Positions 47,176-56,468 of a DNA stretch of 64,000 bases are shown here, piece after piece. The translations under genes were made by a program, and so were the position numbers. A model generated the notes under the pieces. It was not told the DNA's origin. It worked only from the letters and a program-made list of their open reading frames with translations, and ran no database searches. The stretch lies in sequence record PQ464595.1; one strand, written 5' to 3'. Position 1 is the first letter of the stretch; every line of letters begins with the position of its first letter.

Positions 47176-49470
47176 TTAGACTAACTTGATTTCGCCGTCA
47201 ACGAAATCGAATGTCGCAGTACCGCCTTTCTTCAGAGAGCCGATCAGCATCTCTTTAGCCAGTGGTACACGAATCTTATCGTTGATGATACGTTTCATCG
47301 GACGAGCACCCATTCCTGGAGTTACACCCTTCTCTGCCAGTTCTGCTTTCGCAGCATCAGTCAGGACGATATTAACTTTACGGGAAGCGGTTTCACCGTT
47401 CAGTTCGCCAATGAACTTATCAACTACGCTCAGAATAACATCCTGGCCGAGTTCGTTGAACTTCACAACACCGTCGATACGGTTCAGGAATTCTGGTGGC
47501 AAGTGTTGCTTGATAGCAGCATCCATACCATCATCACCTGAACTATCCATACCCATTGACAGTACTGAAGCATCACGAGCACCTAAGTTGGTGGTCATAA
47601 TGATCGTAACGTTGTCGAAGTGTACAGTCTTACCGTGTGAACCAGTCAGGCGGCCTTCATCCATTACCTGGAGGAAAGTCAGAAGTACTTTCTTGTTCGC
47701 CTTTTCGATCTCGTCCAGCAGTAAGATACAGTTCGGATTTGCTTCAACTTTGTCAAGCAGCATACCGTTACCTGCGTCGTGACCTACATAACCTGGAGGT
47801 GAACCAATCAGTTTAGATACGTTGAACTCTTGTGCGAATTCAGACATATCGAAGCGAATAAGTTCTTGACCCATTGAGTCAGCCAGAGCTTTAGTCAGTT
47901 CAGTTTTACCAGTACCGGATGGTCCGACAAACATGAATGCACCCTGAATAGTACTCTTACCACGCAGACCAGCACGAGCAACCATTACGTTCTCTACCAG
48001 TTTTTCAACTGCCTGATCCTGTCCGAATACTTTCTTACGCAGGTTATCACCCAAGTTCAGCATACGATCAGATTCTTCACATGCTACGATTTCCAGAGGA
48101 ATGTTCGCAATACGTGATACTTCACCTTCAATGTCAGCACGGACAATAGTCTTAGCTGGTTCAGGTTTAGTACGATTGCGAGCACCCGCCGCATCCATAA
48201 GGTCAATAGCCTTATCAGGGAAACGTTTGTTCTGGAGGAACTTAGTACTCAGCTCCAGTACTGCTTCCATAGCTTCAGGAGTGAAGGTAACACTGTGGAA
48301 CTTCTCGTAAGTGGCTTTAACACCTTCTACGATCTGACGGGTTTCGTCAAGAGTAGGTTCCAGAATATCAACTTTCATGAAACGACGTTGTAGTGCTGCG
48401 TCTTTCTCGATGTGTTTACGATATTCATCGTAAGTGGTAGCACCGATGACGCGAATCTCACCACGAGACAATGCTGGTTTCAGCATATTGCTCATGTCCA
48501 GAGAACCACCGCCAGTAGCACCAGCACCCATAATAGTATGGATTTCGTCGATGAACAGAATCACATCATCGCGACCTTTAAGTTCTGACAACAGGTTTTC
48601 AACACGTTCTTCGAACTCACCACGATACTTAGTACCAGCAGTGAAAGCACCCATGTTCAGAGAAAGGATTTCAACACCTTTCAGGTCTTCAGGTACATTA
48701 CCATCAGCAATCATCTGAGCTAAACCGTCGATGATTTGGGTTTTACCAACACCAGGTTCACCAACCAGAGCACCGTTACACTTGGTCTTACGAGACAGGA
48801 TCTGAATCAAATCAGCCAGTTCGTTAGTACGACCAATCAGCGGATCGAGTTTACCATCTGAAGCAAGTTCAGTCAGGTTAGTTGTGAAACTTTCAATGCT
48901 ACGTTTTTGACCATCACCTTTACGGGAAGGACGAGCACCTGATACAGACGGTTTATCATCTTTCTCTGGTTCTTCATCACGAGTCGCATCACGCAGATCA
49001 ACATCGTAGTTACGGCTGTTGATATAGTTTTGGAGTTCACGTGCTACAGCAGTACGACTAAGGTCGAGTTCTGCCAGAGCAGTATCCAGGGCTGTGTGTG
49101 GGAAGGACAGACATTCGAACAGAATGAAATACGCCTGGATGGTGTAATCATTTTCTTTCAGTTGTTCGATGACTGCTTTCTTCTGTAGCTCAACCATGAT
49201 TTTAGTAATCATAGATGATACAGGAGTCATGTCTTGTCCGAGTTGTTCTTCAACTGAATATGGCAGTACTGGTGTTGGGGAGTTCTTTAAGAAGTCCACA
49301 ATACGGTCTTTCAGTTTAGCAGCATCTACGTTAATGTCATCCAGGAACGCGACAACGCTTGGTACATCAAGGGCAATAGCAGTAAGATGGTCTACAGTCA
49401 TGATTGAATGACCCATAGAACGTGCTAATGATTCACCTTCTTGATAAAAATCTTCAAAGCTATAGCTCAT
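47176..49470 (-). CDS. clpA: ClpA-like Hsp100 ATPase (N-domain plus two AAA+ modules)
   Basis: GEPGVGKT, pore loop KYRGEFE, LFIDEIH, RFLPDKAID-like RFPDKAIDL, GPSGTGKTE, LIGSPPGYVG, LLLDEIEKA, GARPMKR. Confidence 0.95.
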   Translation of the reverse strand: MSYSFEDFYQEGESLARSMGHSIMTVDHLTAIALDVPSVVAFLDDINVDAAKLKDRIVDFLKNSPTPVLPYSVEEQLGQDMTPVSSMITKIMVELQKKAVIEQLKENDYTIQAYFILFECLSFPHTALDTALAELDLSRTAVARELQNYINSRNYDVDLRDATRDEEPEKDDKPSVSGARPSRKGDGQKRSIESFTTNLTELASDGKLDPLIGRTNELADLIQILSRKTKCNGALVGEPGVGKTQIIDGLAQMIADGNVPEDLKGVEILSLNMGAFTAGTKYRGEFEERVENLLSELKGRDDVILFIDEIHTIMGAGATGGGSLDMSNMLKPALSRGEIRVIGATTYDEYRKHIEKDAALQRRFMKVDILEPTLDETRQIVEGVKATYEKFHSVTFTPEAMEAVLELSTKFLQNKRFPDKAIDLMDAAGARNRTKPEPAKTIVRADIEGEVSRIANIPLEIVACEESDRMLNLGDNLRKKVFGQDQAVEKLVENVMVARAGLRGKSTIQGAFMFVGPSGTGKTELTKALADSMGQELIRFDMSEFAQEFNVSKLIGSPPGYVGHDAGNGMLLDKVEANPNCILLLDEIEKANKKVLLTFLQVMDEGRLTGSHGKTVHFDNVTIIMTTNLGARDASVLSMGMDSSGDDGMDAAIKQHLPPEFLNRIDGVVKFNELGQDVILSVVDKFIGELNGETASRKVNIVLTDAAKAELAEKGVTPGMGARPMKRIINDKIRVPLAKEMLIGSLKKGGTATFDFVDGEIKLV

Positions 49471-49505
49471 GGTGCTTCTCCTTGGTTTATTTTGCTCACT
49501 TGTGC

Positions 49506-49534
49506 ATTATAGCACAAAAATTTTTGTCGTTCCA
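49506..49534 (-). promoter_or_regulatory. Class A promoter for clpA
   Basis: TGGAAC GACAAAAATTTTTGTGC TATAAT. Confidence 0.8.
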
Positions 49535-49538
49535 AAAA

Positions 49539-49544
49539 TAAATA
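49539..49544 (+). promoter_or_regulatory. Late-type promoter of the neck operon
   Basis: AATAAATA upstream of 49576. Confidence 0.7.
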
Positions 49545-49575
49545 CGATATAAATTTCTTTTTGGAGATTAAGAAT

Positions 49576-51072
49576 ATGGCATATCAAATGTGGAAAAAAG
49601 GTCGTAACAGTAATGACTACAACTTCTTTGACCGTTCTATTGCTGAGCAATATCGAATGGGCGGTACTGACATGTGGTTATACACGTATCAGGGGCCGAA
49701 GGGCAATGAAGGTAGTACTGACGAAACATTACCTGATTTCAGTGATGGCAGTGGTAAACTTACTGATATAGGAGATATTGTTCTCGGTGAAACCGTGAAC
49801 CGTTCCTATAGTGTACAAGCTATCACACTACCAGTTGTTTATCAAGTTCAGGAAGCCACACCTGATTTAAAAATTAACGGCATCATGTATTTCAACTTCG
49901 ACACTATGGACATTACCATGCATTATAACACAATGATGCAACGTGTGGGAAGAAAGATTTTACCTGGCGACGTTATCGAATTACCTAACCTACGTGATTT
50001 CGATGTATTAGACCGTGACGTAGGTATTAACAAATTTTATGTTGTCCAAGATGCTTTTAGATCTTCTACTGGTTATTCCGCAACATGGCAACATCATATC
50101 TTCATGATTCGAGTGAAACCATTAACGGATTCTCCAGAGTTCTCAGATATTACTGATGCTATAAATGAAGGGTTCCCCGACAATCCAGACGATCCAAATA
50201 ATGGAAATGGTTCTGGTGGTGGCATCAGTACTGGAAGTTTCGAGCTTGATATTATGAATAGAATTATTCAGCAAGCAGATTCCGAAGTACCATACATTCA
50301 CTATACTAACGAGCACATTTATAATGACATTTCAGACATTAATGAACTAGCACGTTATATCATAAATGGATATGATTTTCCAACAAATCCATCTAAAAAC
50401 ATGTTTTTCATAAAGAACACACTACCAGTACTTTATGAGAAAGATGCTGATGCGAATTGGGTTCCAGTAGAAACCAAATACGGTACTAAGTTACCTTCTA
50501 GGGCGAAGGATTTTGCTTTCTTCTTCAAAGAAGATTCAGCAAGTGTAGCAGGTTATTCATTGTTCCAGTACTACAGTACAGATAAAAAATGGCTTAGCTG
50601 TGTGCTGCCGTTCACCGATGAAGACACTGTACCACAAGACGCCGAGGATTTCTACTGTTTTTACAAAAAACCTCAACTTTACCAGGTTCAGGACGATGGC
50701 GTAACTTGGGTCATTCCACCAGAATCACACTCAAACGTGCCGTTCACTACTAAAGATATTGCTGGTAACAGAACATCACATGATGATACTCGTTCAGCTA
50801 TACCTCCAGCACGTGGTGACGTTGGAGAGGGAGAAGTGTTCCCATCGAATCCAGAAGATGGTGAGTACTTCTATCGTACTGATTATGTTCCAGTGACATT
50901 ATGGCAATATAGTGCTGAAAAGTCAACTTGGACACAATTCAATTATGGTGGTCGTCTACCTTGGACTGGTGCTAATATCGAACAAACCCGCTTCATCAAT
51001 AGTCCTGATAGAGTTTCTATTCAAGACGTTGTTAAGCCTAACATAGTTAACAGACGCAAGGACACTAACTAA
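49576..51072 (+). CDS. gp14: Neck / head-completion protein (gp14-like) with C-terminal repeats; start MAYQMW
   Basis: FFDRSIAEQYRMGGTDMWLY, PGDVIELP; adjacent to gp15. Confidence 0.7.
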   Translation: MAYQMWKKGRNSNDYNFFDRSIAEQYRMGGTDMWLYTYQGPKGNEGSTDETLPDFSDGSGKLTDIGDIVLGETVNRSYSVQAITLPVVYQVQEATPDLKINGIMYFNFDTMDITMHYNTMMQRVGRKILPGDVIELPNLRDFDVLDRDVGINKFYVVQDAFRSSTGYSATWQHHIFMIRVKPLTDSPEFSDITDAINEGFPDNPDDPNNGNGSGGGISTGSFELDIMNRIIQQADSEVPYIHYTNEHIYNDISDINELARYIINGYDFPTNPSKNMFFIKNTLPVLYEKDADANWVPVETKYGTKLPSRAKDFAFFFKEDSASVAGYSLFQYYSTDKKWLSCVLPFTDEDTVPQDAEDFYCFYKKPQLYQVQDDGVTWVIPPESHSNVPFTTKDIAGNRTSHDDTRSAIPPARGDVGEGEVFPSNPEDGEYFYRTDYVPVTLWQYSAEKSTWTQFNYGGRLPWTGANIEQTRFINSPDRVSIQDVVKPNIVNRRKDTN

Positions 51073-52418
51073 TGAAATTAAATTACTACTATGACGGACA
51101 ATTTCGCCGTCTATTGAAGCATCTTATCAGAGTGTTCGGGGAATTTCAAGTAAAAAATGGCCTTGATGCGAACGGGAATCAGAAGTACAAAACGGTTCCC
51201 TGTCGCTATGCTGACATTTCGAGAATGGCAGCTTATATCATCAGTGGTGGTTCTGAAAACGTTCTACCATCTGCCCCAGGTATTACAATCAACGTACAAT
51301 CGTTGAAGCTTGATCGTCCGAACATTCGTGCTCCAGCACAATATACTTCTGTCATGGGAACAAACGTTAGTCCTGAAGAAAATCAGTACACAAGTGAACT
51401 TGACAAGCAGTATCAAATTTCCCGATATAACCCAACACCTTGGAAATTAGTTTTCAACGTTAATATCTGGACAACTAACTTAACAAACAAGTTAGAGCTA
51501 TGGGAACAAATAGCAACACTATTCAACCCATCGGTTGTTTTACAAGTAACAGAGAACCCTTACGATTGGACAGGTACAGTTGATATTGAACTTACCGATT
51601 GCCAATTCAGTACTAGAGGATTTCCACAAGGTACAGATTCCGATTTAGATGTTATGGTTTTAACCTTTGAATGTCCAATTTGGTTGAGTCTACCTGCTAA
51701 TGTGAAACAAGCTAAACTTATCCAGCAGATTGTTACTAATATCAATCTTGCTAAAGATGAATTAGAAATTGACTTAGGTAATTATAACGACAGTATTACT
51801 GATGTTTATACACCTAAGAATATGTGTATTCTGGTGAATCGAACACAAACGGTGAATTCACTTGAAACTTATGAAGTAACTCTAGTAAGTTCAAGTTTGA
51901 ACCCACTTTCAAGTAATGGTAAGATTTATTCGTGGAATAGATACCTTGAGTATCTTGACCCAAGTTTCGAAGAAAAATCTCTGTACTTGAAGTTCCAACA
52001 AGGTATTGAAGAAGCAAACCCAATTCGTGGAGATGTTATTCAAATGCCAACTGAAGGTGCTCCTAACAAGATTATCGTTCAGGTTGATTCATCTTTATAT
52101 GGTGGCTCAGGAATCAGTATAACATCTTTCATCTCAGAAAGCAACCAGTTATCGAAAGCCCTACCCGCTCAGTACTACATCAATATCGCAGAACATAACA
52201 TTGAATATGGCGAAACAACCATTAAACCAAATGATTTGTTCATGATAGGTAATGACCGTAATTCTGCGATTATCACTAATCCGATTGATGTTGATGGATA
52301 CGTTTACAATTCAGATGACACATATTATTACAGATATAACGAAGTCGTAGGTTGGCATCAATCGGTGCAAAACAAATACAGACAAGGTTATTGGAGAATT
52401 GCGTTTACAGACGCATAA
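51072..52418 (+). CDS. gp15: Tail terminator / sheath stabiliser (gp15-like)
   Basis: YYYDGQFRR....F..F, VPCRYA, PW.L.FNVNIW, EQI..LFNP. Confidence 0.85.
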   Translation: MKLNYYYDGQFRRLLKHLIRVFGEFQVKNGLDANGNQKYKTVPCRYADISRMAAYIISGGSENVLPSAPGITINVQSLKLDRPNIRAPAQYTSVMGTNVSPEENQYTSELDKQYQISRYNPTPWKLVFNVNIWTTNLTNKLELWEQIATLFNPSVVLQVTENPYDWTGTVDIELTDCQFSTRGFPQGTDSDLDVMVLTFECPIWLSLPANVKQAKLIQQIVTNINLAKDELEIDLGNYNDSITDVYTPKNMCILVNRTQTVNSLETYEVTLVSSSLNPLSSNGKIYSWNRYLEYLDPSFEEKSLYLKFQQGIEEANPIRGDVIQMPTEGAPNKIIVQVDSSLYGGSGISITSFISESNQLSKALPAQYYINIAEHNIEYGETTIKPNDLFMIGNDRNSAIITNPIDVDGYVYNSDDTYYYRYNEVVGWHQSVQNKYRQGYWRIAFTDA

Positions 52419-52427
52419 GGATTAATT

Positions 52428-52895
52428 ATGACTAACGAAGCAGTGGGAGCTATATTTTTATCAAAACGTACAGGACGTATGATGCTTAACTTACGTTCCG
52501 AAACCGTTACGTACTCAAATAATTGGGGCTTCGTTGGTGGTAAGATAGAACGTGGAGAATCAGCTATCGAAGCTTTGTATAGAGAGATTGCTGAAGAATT
52601 GGGGGATTCTGTACCCCCAATCGAAGATATAATTCCCTTTGATGTTTTCTGTACTAAGAACGAGAAGTTCAAGTACTATTCATTTATTGTAGTTGTACAG
52701 GAAGAATTCATTCCTGAACTAAATGATGAAAGTGCTGGATACTCTTGGGTTAAAATAGGAAACTGGCCTAAGCCACTTCATCCAGGAGCTAAAAGTACTT
52801 TATACAATGTTAACATTGTTGAAGATATGAATGCTTTATGGGAATCAATAAAAAATGGCAAACCATTTAAAAACAGTTTGCCATATCAAATATAA
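52428..52895 (+). CDS. Nudix hydrolase
   Basis: Nudix box GGKIERGESAIEALYREIAEELG. Confidence 0.95.
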   Translation: MTNEAVGAIFLSKRTGRMMLNLRSETVTYSNNWGFVGGKIERGESAIEALYREIAEELGDSVPPIEDIIPFDVFCTKNEKFKYYSFIVVVQEEFIPELNDESAGYSWVKIGNWPKPLHPGAKSTLYNVNIVEDMNALWESIKNGKPFKNSLPYQI

Positions 52896-52922
52896 AAAGG
52901 AGGCGTATGCCTCCTTTTTTTT
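52894..52922. terminator. Bidirectional terminator
   Basis: AAAAAGGAGGC-GTAT-GCCTCCTTTTT. Confidence 0.9.
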
Positions 52923-54024
52923 ATACCCCAACAGGTGGAATACCAGTTAAGTTCAGTAGTGCTGACCACTGAGTTAAAGTTGTTTGTCCAGCGTTCAAAT
53001 CAGATAGTGTAGCATCAATACGGAAACCTAAGTGTTTAGCACTGTTCAAGGAAGCAGTAACGTATGTATTATAATCTGTTTGAGTTGAACCTAATCGACT
53101 TGGTAGAGTAATATCTTCACCATTAATTACAACGTTCACTGACCATGTTTGGTCTTGACTATCAATTGTATCAACAATCTGAGTCAATTGATAAATCTTA
53201 CGTGGATCAGGAATTTGATTCGCAGTAACTGTACCAGGAACGATTGTGCCCTCATTATCTACGTAGAATGAACCTTTCACTAACCAAGTACTGTAAATGC
53301 TTGGGAATGGTACAATAGCACCAGTAGTATCAGTATTCACCTGACGACCCATTATTTTCAATTCATAGAAATAGTTCGAACCGAATTGAAGAACACTATC
53401 ACCATTCTGGAAAGTAACCCATCCATCAGAATCAGTAATACTCGCACCACCTAAGTTGAAATAAGCAATAGGCTTAGTAGCAGTATTTTGAGTGAACGCA
53501 ATATACTTAAAACCAGTATCGTAGTTAATATCTAGTAGTGAAGAATATTCTTTATTCATTGGTCGTGTAGTTTGAATTTCACGCCATTCTTTATTCTTCA
53601 TTAGACACATCAAACGGTCGCCATTATTGGTAAGAACCATACGACCCATGATGGATGTATCACCATCAGGAACAGTGTTGAATAAAGTAATCATTGGGAT
53701 ACTAGCCCAATCTAATTCGGTAGAAGGTACAGTGTTATCAGGTTGACGAGCACTATCTACTAGAGAGATTAGTAGTTCACCAGTACCGGAAGTATTTCTG
53801 TACCATAATTGGCCAGGAACAGAACCTTTAGGTCTAATTTGACCGGAAAAGTTTTCTGCCAACCAAAGGAAGTTTTCGTTCAGTGCTTGACCATAACTAA
53901 CTTTATCACGACCAACTAGGTTAATCGGAACAGGGTTCTGATTAGGTTGGTTCGGTCCAAGAATCGTATTGTTCGGTACTGAAGCGTAGATTTTACCATT
54001 ACTACGCTTTATAATATAGTTCAT
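52921..54024 (-). CDS. Putative virion structural protein
   Basis: N-terminal NLVG...SYG...NENFL.L.ENFS....P.....GQLWY motif; in a late operon. Confidence 0.65.
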   Translation of the reverse strand: MNYIIKRSNGKIYASVPNNTILGPNQPNQNPVPINLVGRDKVSYGQALNENFLWLAENFSGQIRPKGSVPGQLWYRNTSGTGELLISLVDSARQPDNTVPSTELDWASIPMITLFNTVPDGDTSIMGRMVLTNNGDRLMCLMKNKEWREIQTTRPMNKEYSSLLDINYDTGFKYIAFTQNTATKPIAYFNLGGASITDSDGWVTFQNGDSVLQFGSNYFYELKIMGRQVNTDTTGAIVPFPSIYSTWLVKGSFYVDNEGTIVPGTVTANQIPDPRKIYQLTQIVDTIDSQDQTWSVNVVINGEDITLPSRLGSTQTDYNTYVTASLNSAKHLGFRIDATLSDLNAGQTTLTQWSALLNLTGIPPVGV

Positions 54025-54036
54025 GTGTATCTCCTA

Positions 54037-54645
54037 TTATTGTAACTGTACTCGTACTGTATACTTAATCTGAAGAATACGGTTCGCACTTTTTTCCACA
54101 GGGTGGAAGATAATATGAGATAGAGCCATACCATTATCACCATCAGTATAAAGACCTAGTTCATCAAATACGTAGTTTCCTTCCATATCTGTAGTTGAAC
54201 TTACGTTTTGGTCAGATGGTTCACCTAGACCTAAAGTACACAAACAAACAATATCAGTATAAACCTGACCAGGAATGTGAACTGTAGTAACATTATTGTA
54301 TTCAGTTTCTACGCCAGCATTTACGTTAGCGTTAATTTTTTTCACGTAAGTTTCGGAATAAAGACCACCGAAAGAACTAATACGTGGAGTTTTGTAAGTA
54401 ACACGACCAGTACTAAGAACAACAGTACCACCATTACCAAATCTCATTTCTGAGATAGCTCCTAGACTAACACCTAATGAATCTTGACTATTAGCAAGAG
54501 CATAAGCAATTGCTTGACTCATGTTTTCAGGGTGAATTGCGTTTGACTTGTCAACGACAATCGAAACATTTTCAGGATCAGTAATATCGGTAATTAGCAC
54601 ATGTCCTTTAACAAATAGTCTTGGAAGTTCAGTTTTGTTATTCAT
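54037..54645 (-). CDS. Putative baseplate/fibre-associated protein
   Basis: FDELGLY......LSH.IF.PVEK..N..L.I.Y motif; in a late operon. Confidence 0.6.
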   Translation of the reverse strand: MNNKTELPRLFVKGHVLITDITDPENVSIVVDKSNAIHPENMSQAIAYALANSQDSLGVSLGAISEMRFGNGGTVVLSTGRVTYKTPRISSFGGLYSETYVKKINANVNAGVETEYNNVTTVHIPGQVYTDIVCLCTLGLGEPSDQNVSSTTDMEGNYVFDELGLYTDGDNGMALSHIIFHPVEKSANRILQIKYTVRVQLQ

Positions 54646-54655
54646 TTCTAATCCC

Positions 54656-55153
54656 TTAGTAATTAATTTGTACTTCTTCTAACTTACCTGCCATTTGCTT
54701 TTGAAGCAATGAGGGTTCACCACTGATATAGTTACGATCTATACCAACACGTAAGTAAGTAAAGTTTCCGACTACGTTCTCAGCAAATGTTCCAGTTACC
54801 CCATGTTGATAGATGGTGATTTCTGAATCAGGGTTGTAGATTCGCGTGTCGGTAAATTCTATATAAAAATTGCAACATTCTTGGAATTTGATTGGGAACC
54901 AATCTGCTTCCGTAGGTTCACTCGCTAATGTTGCTTGTACATAAATTCGTCCAATGAAATTACGTAATGTAAATGCGAGTGTATGTAAACCTGAAGTACT
55001 GCCATAGTAACCACCAGCAGCTAGTGGAAGTGAGACTTCATTCCAATGGTAATCATTGTTAGTGTTATACCATGAATCTGAATCTTGATAATCAAGTTCC
55101 TCACCATCTTTGCTTGTTCTTCTAAAAAGAAAATTCTTTGATCTTAAAGCCAT
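54656..55153 (-). CDS. Hypothetical late protein
   Basis: SD AGGA; TATAAATA promoter at 55185-55192. Confidence 0.7.
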   Translation of the reverse strand: MALRSKNFLFRRTSKDGEELDYQDSDSWYNTNNDYHWNEVSLPLAAGGYYGSTSGLHTLAFTLRNFIGRIYVQATLASEPTEADWFPIKFQECCNFYIEFTDTRIYNPDSEITIYQHGVTGTFAENVVGNFTYLRVGIDRNYISGEPSLLQKQMAGKLEEVQINY

Positions 55154-55184
55154 TGTCTTTAGTCCTCTATTATGAACTTTTACT

Positions 55185-55224
55185 TATTTATAGCATAGCT
55201 CTTAGTAGAAAGAGGGGATAAATA
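55185..55224. promoter_or_regulatory. Back-to-back divergent late-type promoters
   Basis: Minus TATAAATA 55185-55192; plus TAAATA 55219-55224. Confidence 0.7.
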
Positions 55225-55259
55225 TTTGTAATATGACATAACATAAAAAGGAATGAACT

Positions 55260-56390
55260 ATGACAATTTCATTTAATAATGGATCTTCAGGTTCTTGCAA
55301 TTGTTCAGGTATTAGCAGTTTAGTGATCAATAACGCTGGTCATTTAATAGTTACATATGATGACAATACCATTCAAGATTTGGGTCAAGTCGTTGGTGCT
55401 GATGGTGCTAACGGAACAAACTTTTATCCAAATGAAGTAGGATTCGTGATTCCAGATAGCACTTTCGACCTTGATAAAGATATAGGTTGGTCGTACTTAA
55501 GTCTGTTAATTAACAGTACTCAAACAGTACCTACCATCTATTTTAAAACTAATGCAGCTAACTCTCCTACGGCAACGTGGGCTAGTGCTCCATTCGGACA
55601 AGGTGCGAAGGGTGAAGCTGGTGAACCATTCCATATTGATTCTCAAGGCACAACTAAACCAACAGATGTATTTGATAATTACACATTCTTAGATACCGAT
55701 GACGGTACTATTTGGATTTACGACTCAGATACTTCAACCTGGGCTGGTCCATATCAGTTCCGTGGTCAACAAGGGCTACAAGGTCGATTCATTATTGATT
55801 CTCAAGGTGATACTTTCCCTGTAATTACAGACTTAGATCCTGGATATACTTTCTATGCTACAGATACAGGTTTCTTGTATTATGTAGTTCAAGACACTAC
55901 TACACTTCAGAAATCTTGGAGTCCTGGAATTCTATTCCGTGGTCCGAAAGGTGAACAAGGTGATCAGGGTGAACAAGGTTTACCAGGTTCTGATGCTAAT
56001 AATATCTACGCAATCAAAAACGTTATTGATACTTCTTACGAAAATACCCTACTTGTTATTGGTAAAGTGCCAGCAGGTTACTTGGTAACTCGTATTGAGG
56101 TAACAGTACAGAACGCTTATGACTTAACAGTTAATGCGTTGACAGTACGTTTTGGTGGTACAGTACAATCTGATGAAGGTAGTACTGATATTGCTCCACC
56201 AGATTATTTTGATATTAATACGGCACAACGTTATATCGTTGATGAAGTAAATCATGAAATCAGTACGAGTGAAGAAATTCTATCTTGTGTATTCAATGAA
56301 TCTGTTAACAACAGTGAAGTAGGTCTAATGACTATTATCTGTACTATTGCTAAACAGCTTCCGATTACACCAATCGAAGACAACATTTAA
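55260..56390 (+). CDS. Collagen-repeat fibre/whisker-like protein
   Basis: G-X-Y runs (GPKGEQGDQGEQGLPG) separating repeated globular modules. Confidence 0.75.
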   Translation: MTISFNNGSSGSCNCSGISSLVINNAGHLIVTYDDNTIQDLGQVVGADGANGTNFYPNEVGFVIPDSTFDLDKDIGWSYLSLLINSTQTVPTIYFKTNAANSPTATWASAPFGQGAKGEAGEPFHIDSQGTTKPTDVFDNYTFLDTDDGTIWIYDSDTSTWAGPYQFRGQQGLQGRFIIDSQGDTFPVITDLDPGYTFYATDTGFLYYVVQDTTTLQKSWSPGILFRGPKGEQGDQGEQGLPGSDANNIYAIKNVIDTSYENTLLVIGKVPAGYLVTRIEVTVQNAYDLTVNALTVRFGGTVQSDEGSTDIAPPDYFDINTAQRYIVDEVNHEISTSEEILSCVFNESVNNSEVGLMTIICTIAKQLPITPIEDNI

Positions 56391-56394
56391 AAAG

Positions 56395-56435
56395 AAGGGA
56401 GCAATATGCTCCCTTTTTTATTGTGTAGATAAATA
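56395..56435 (+). terminator. Terminator (56395-56419) followed by late-type promoter (core 56430-56435)
   Basis: AAGGGAGC-AATAT-GCTCCCTT-TTTT; GATAAATA. Confidence 0.8.
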
Positions 56436-56468
56436 TTAGAAACACAAACTCATAGGAGAAAGTAACCG

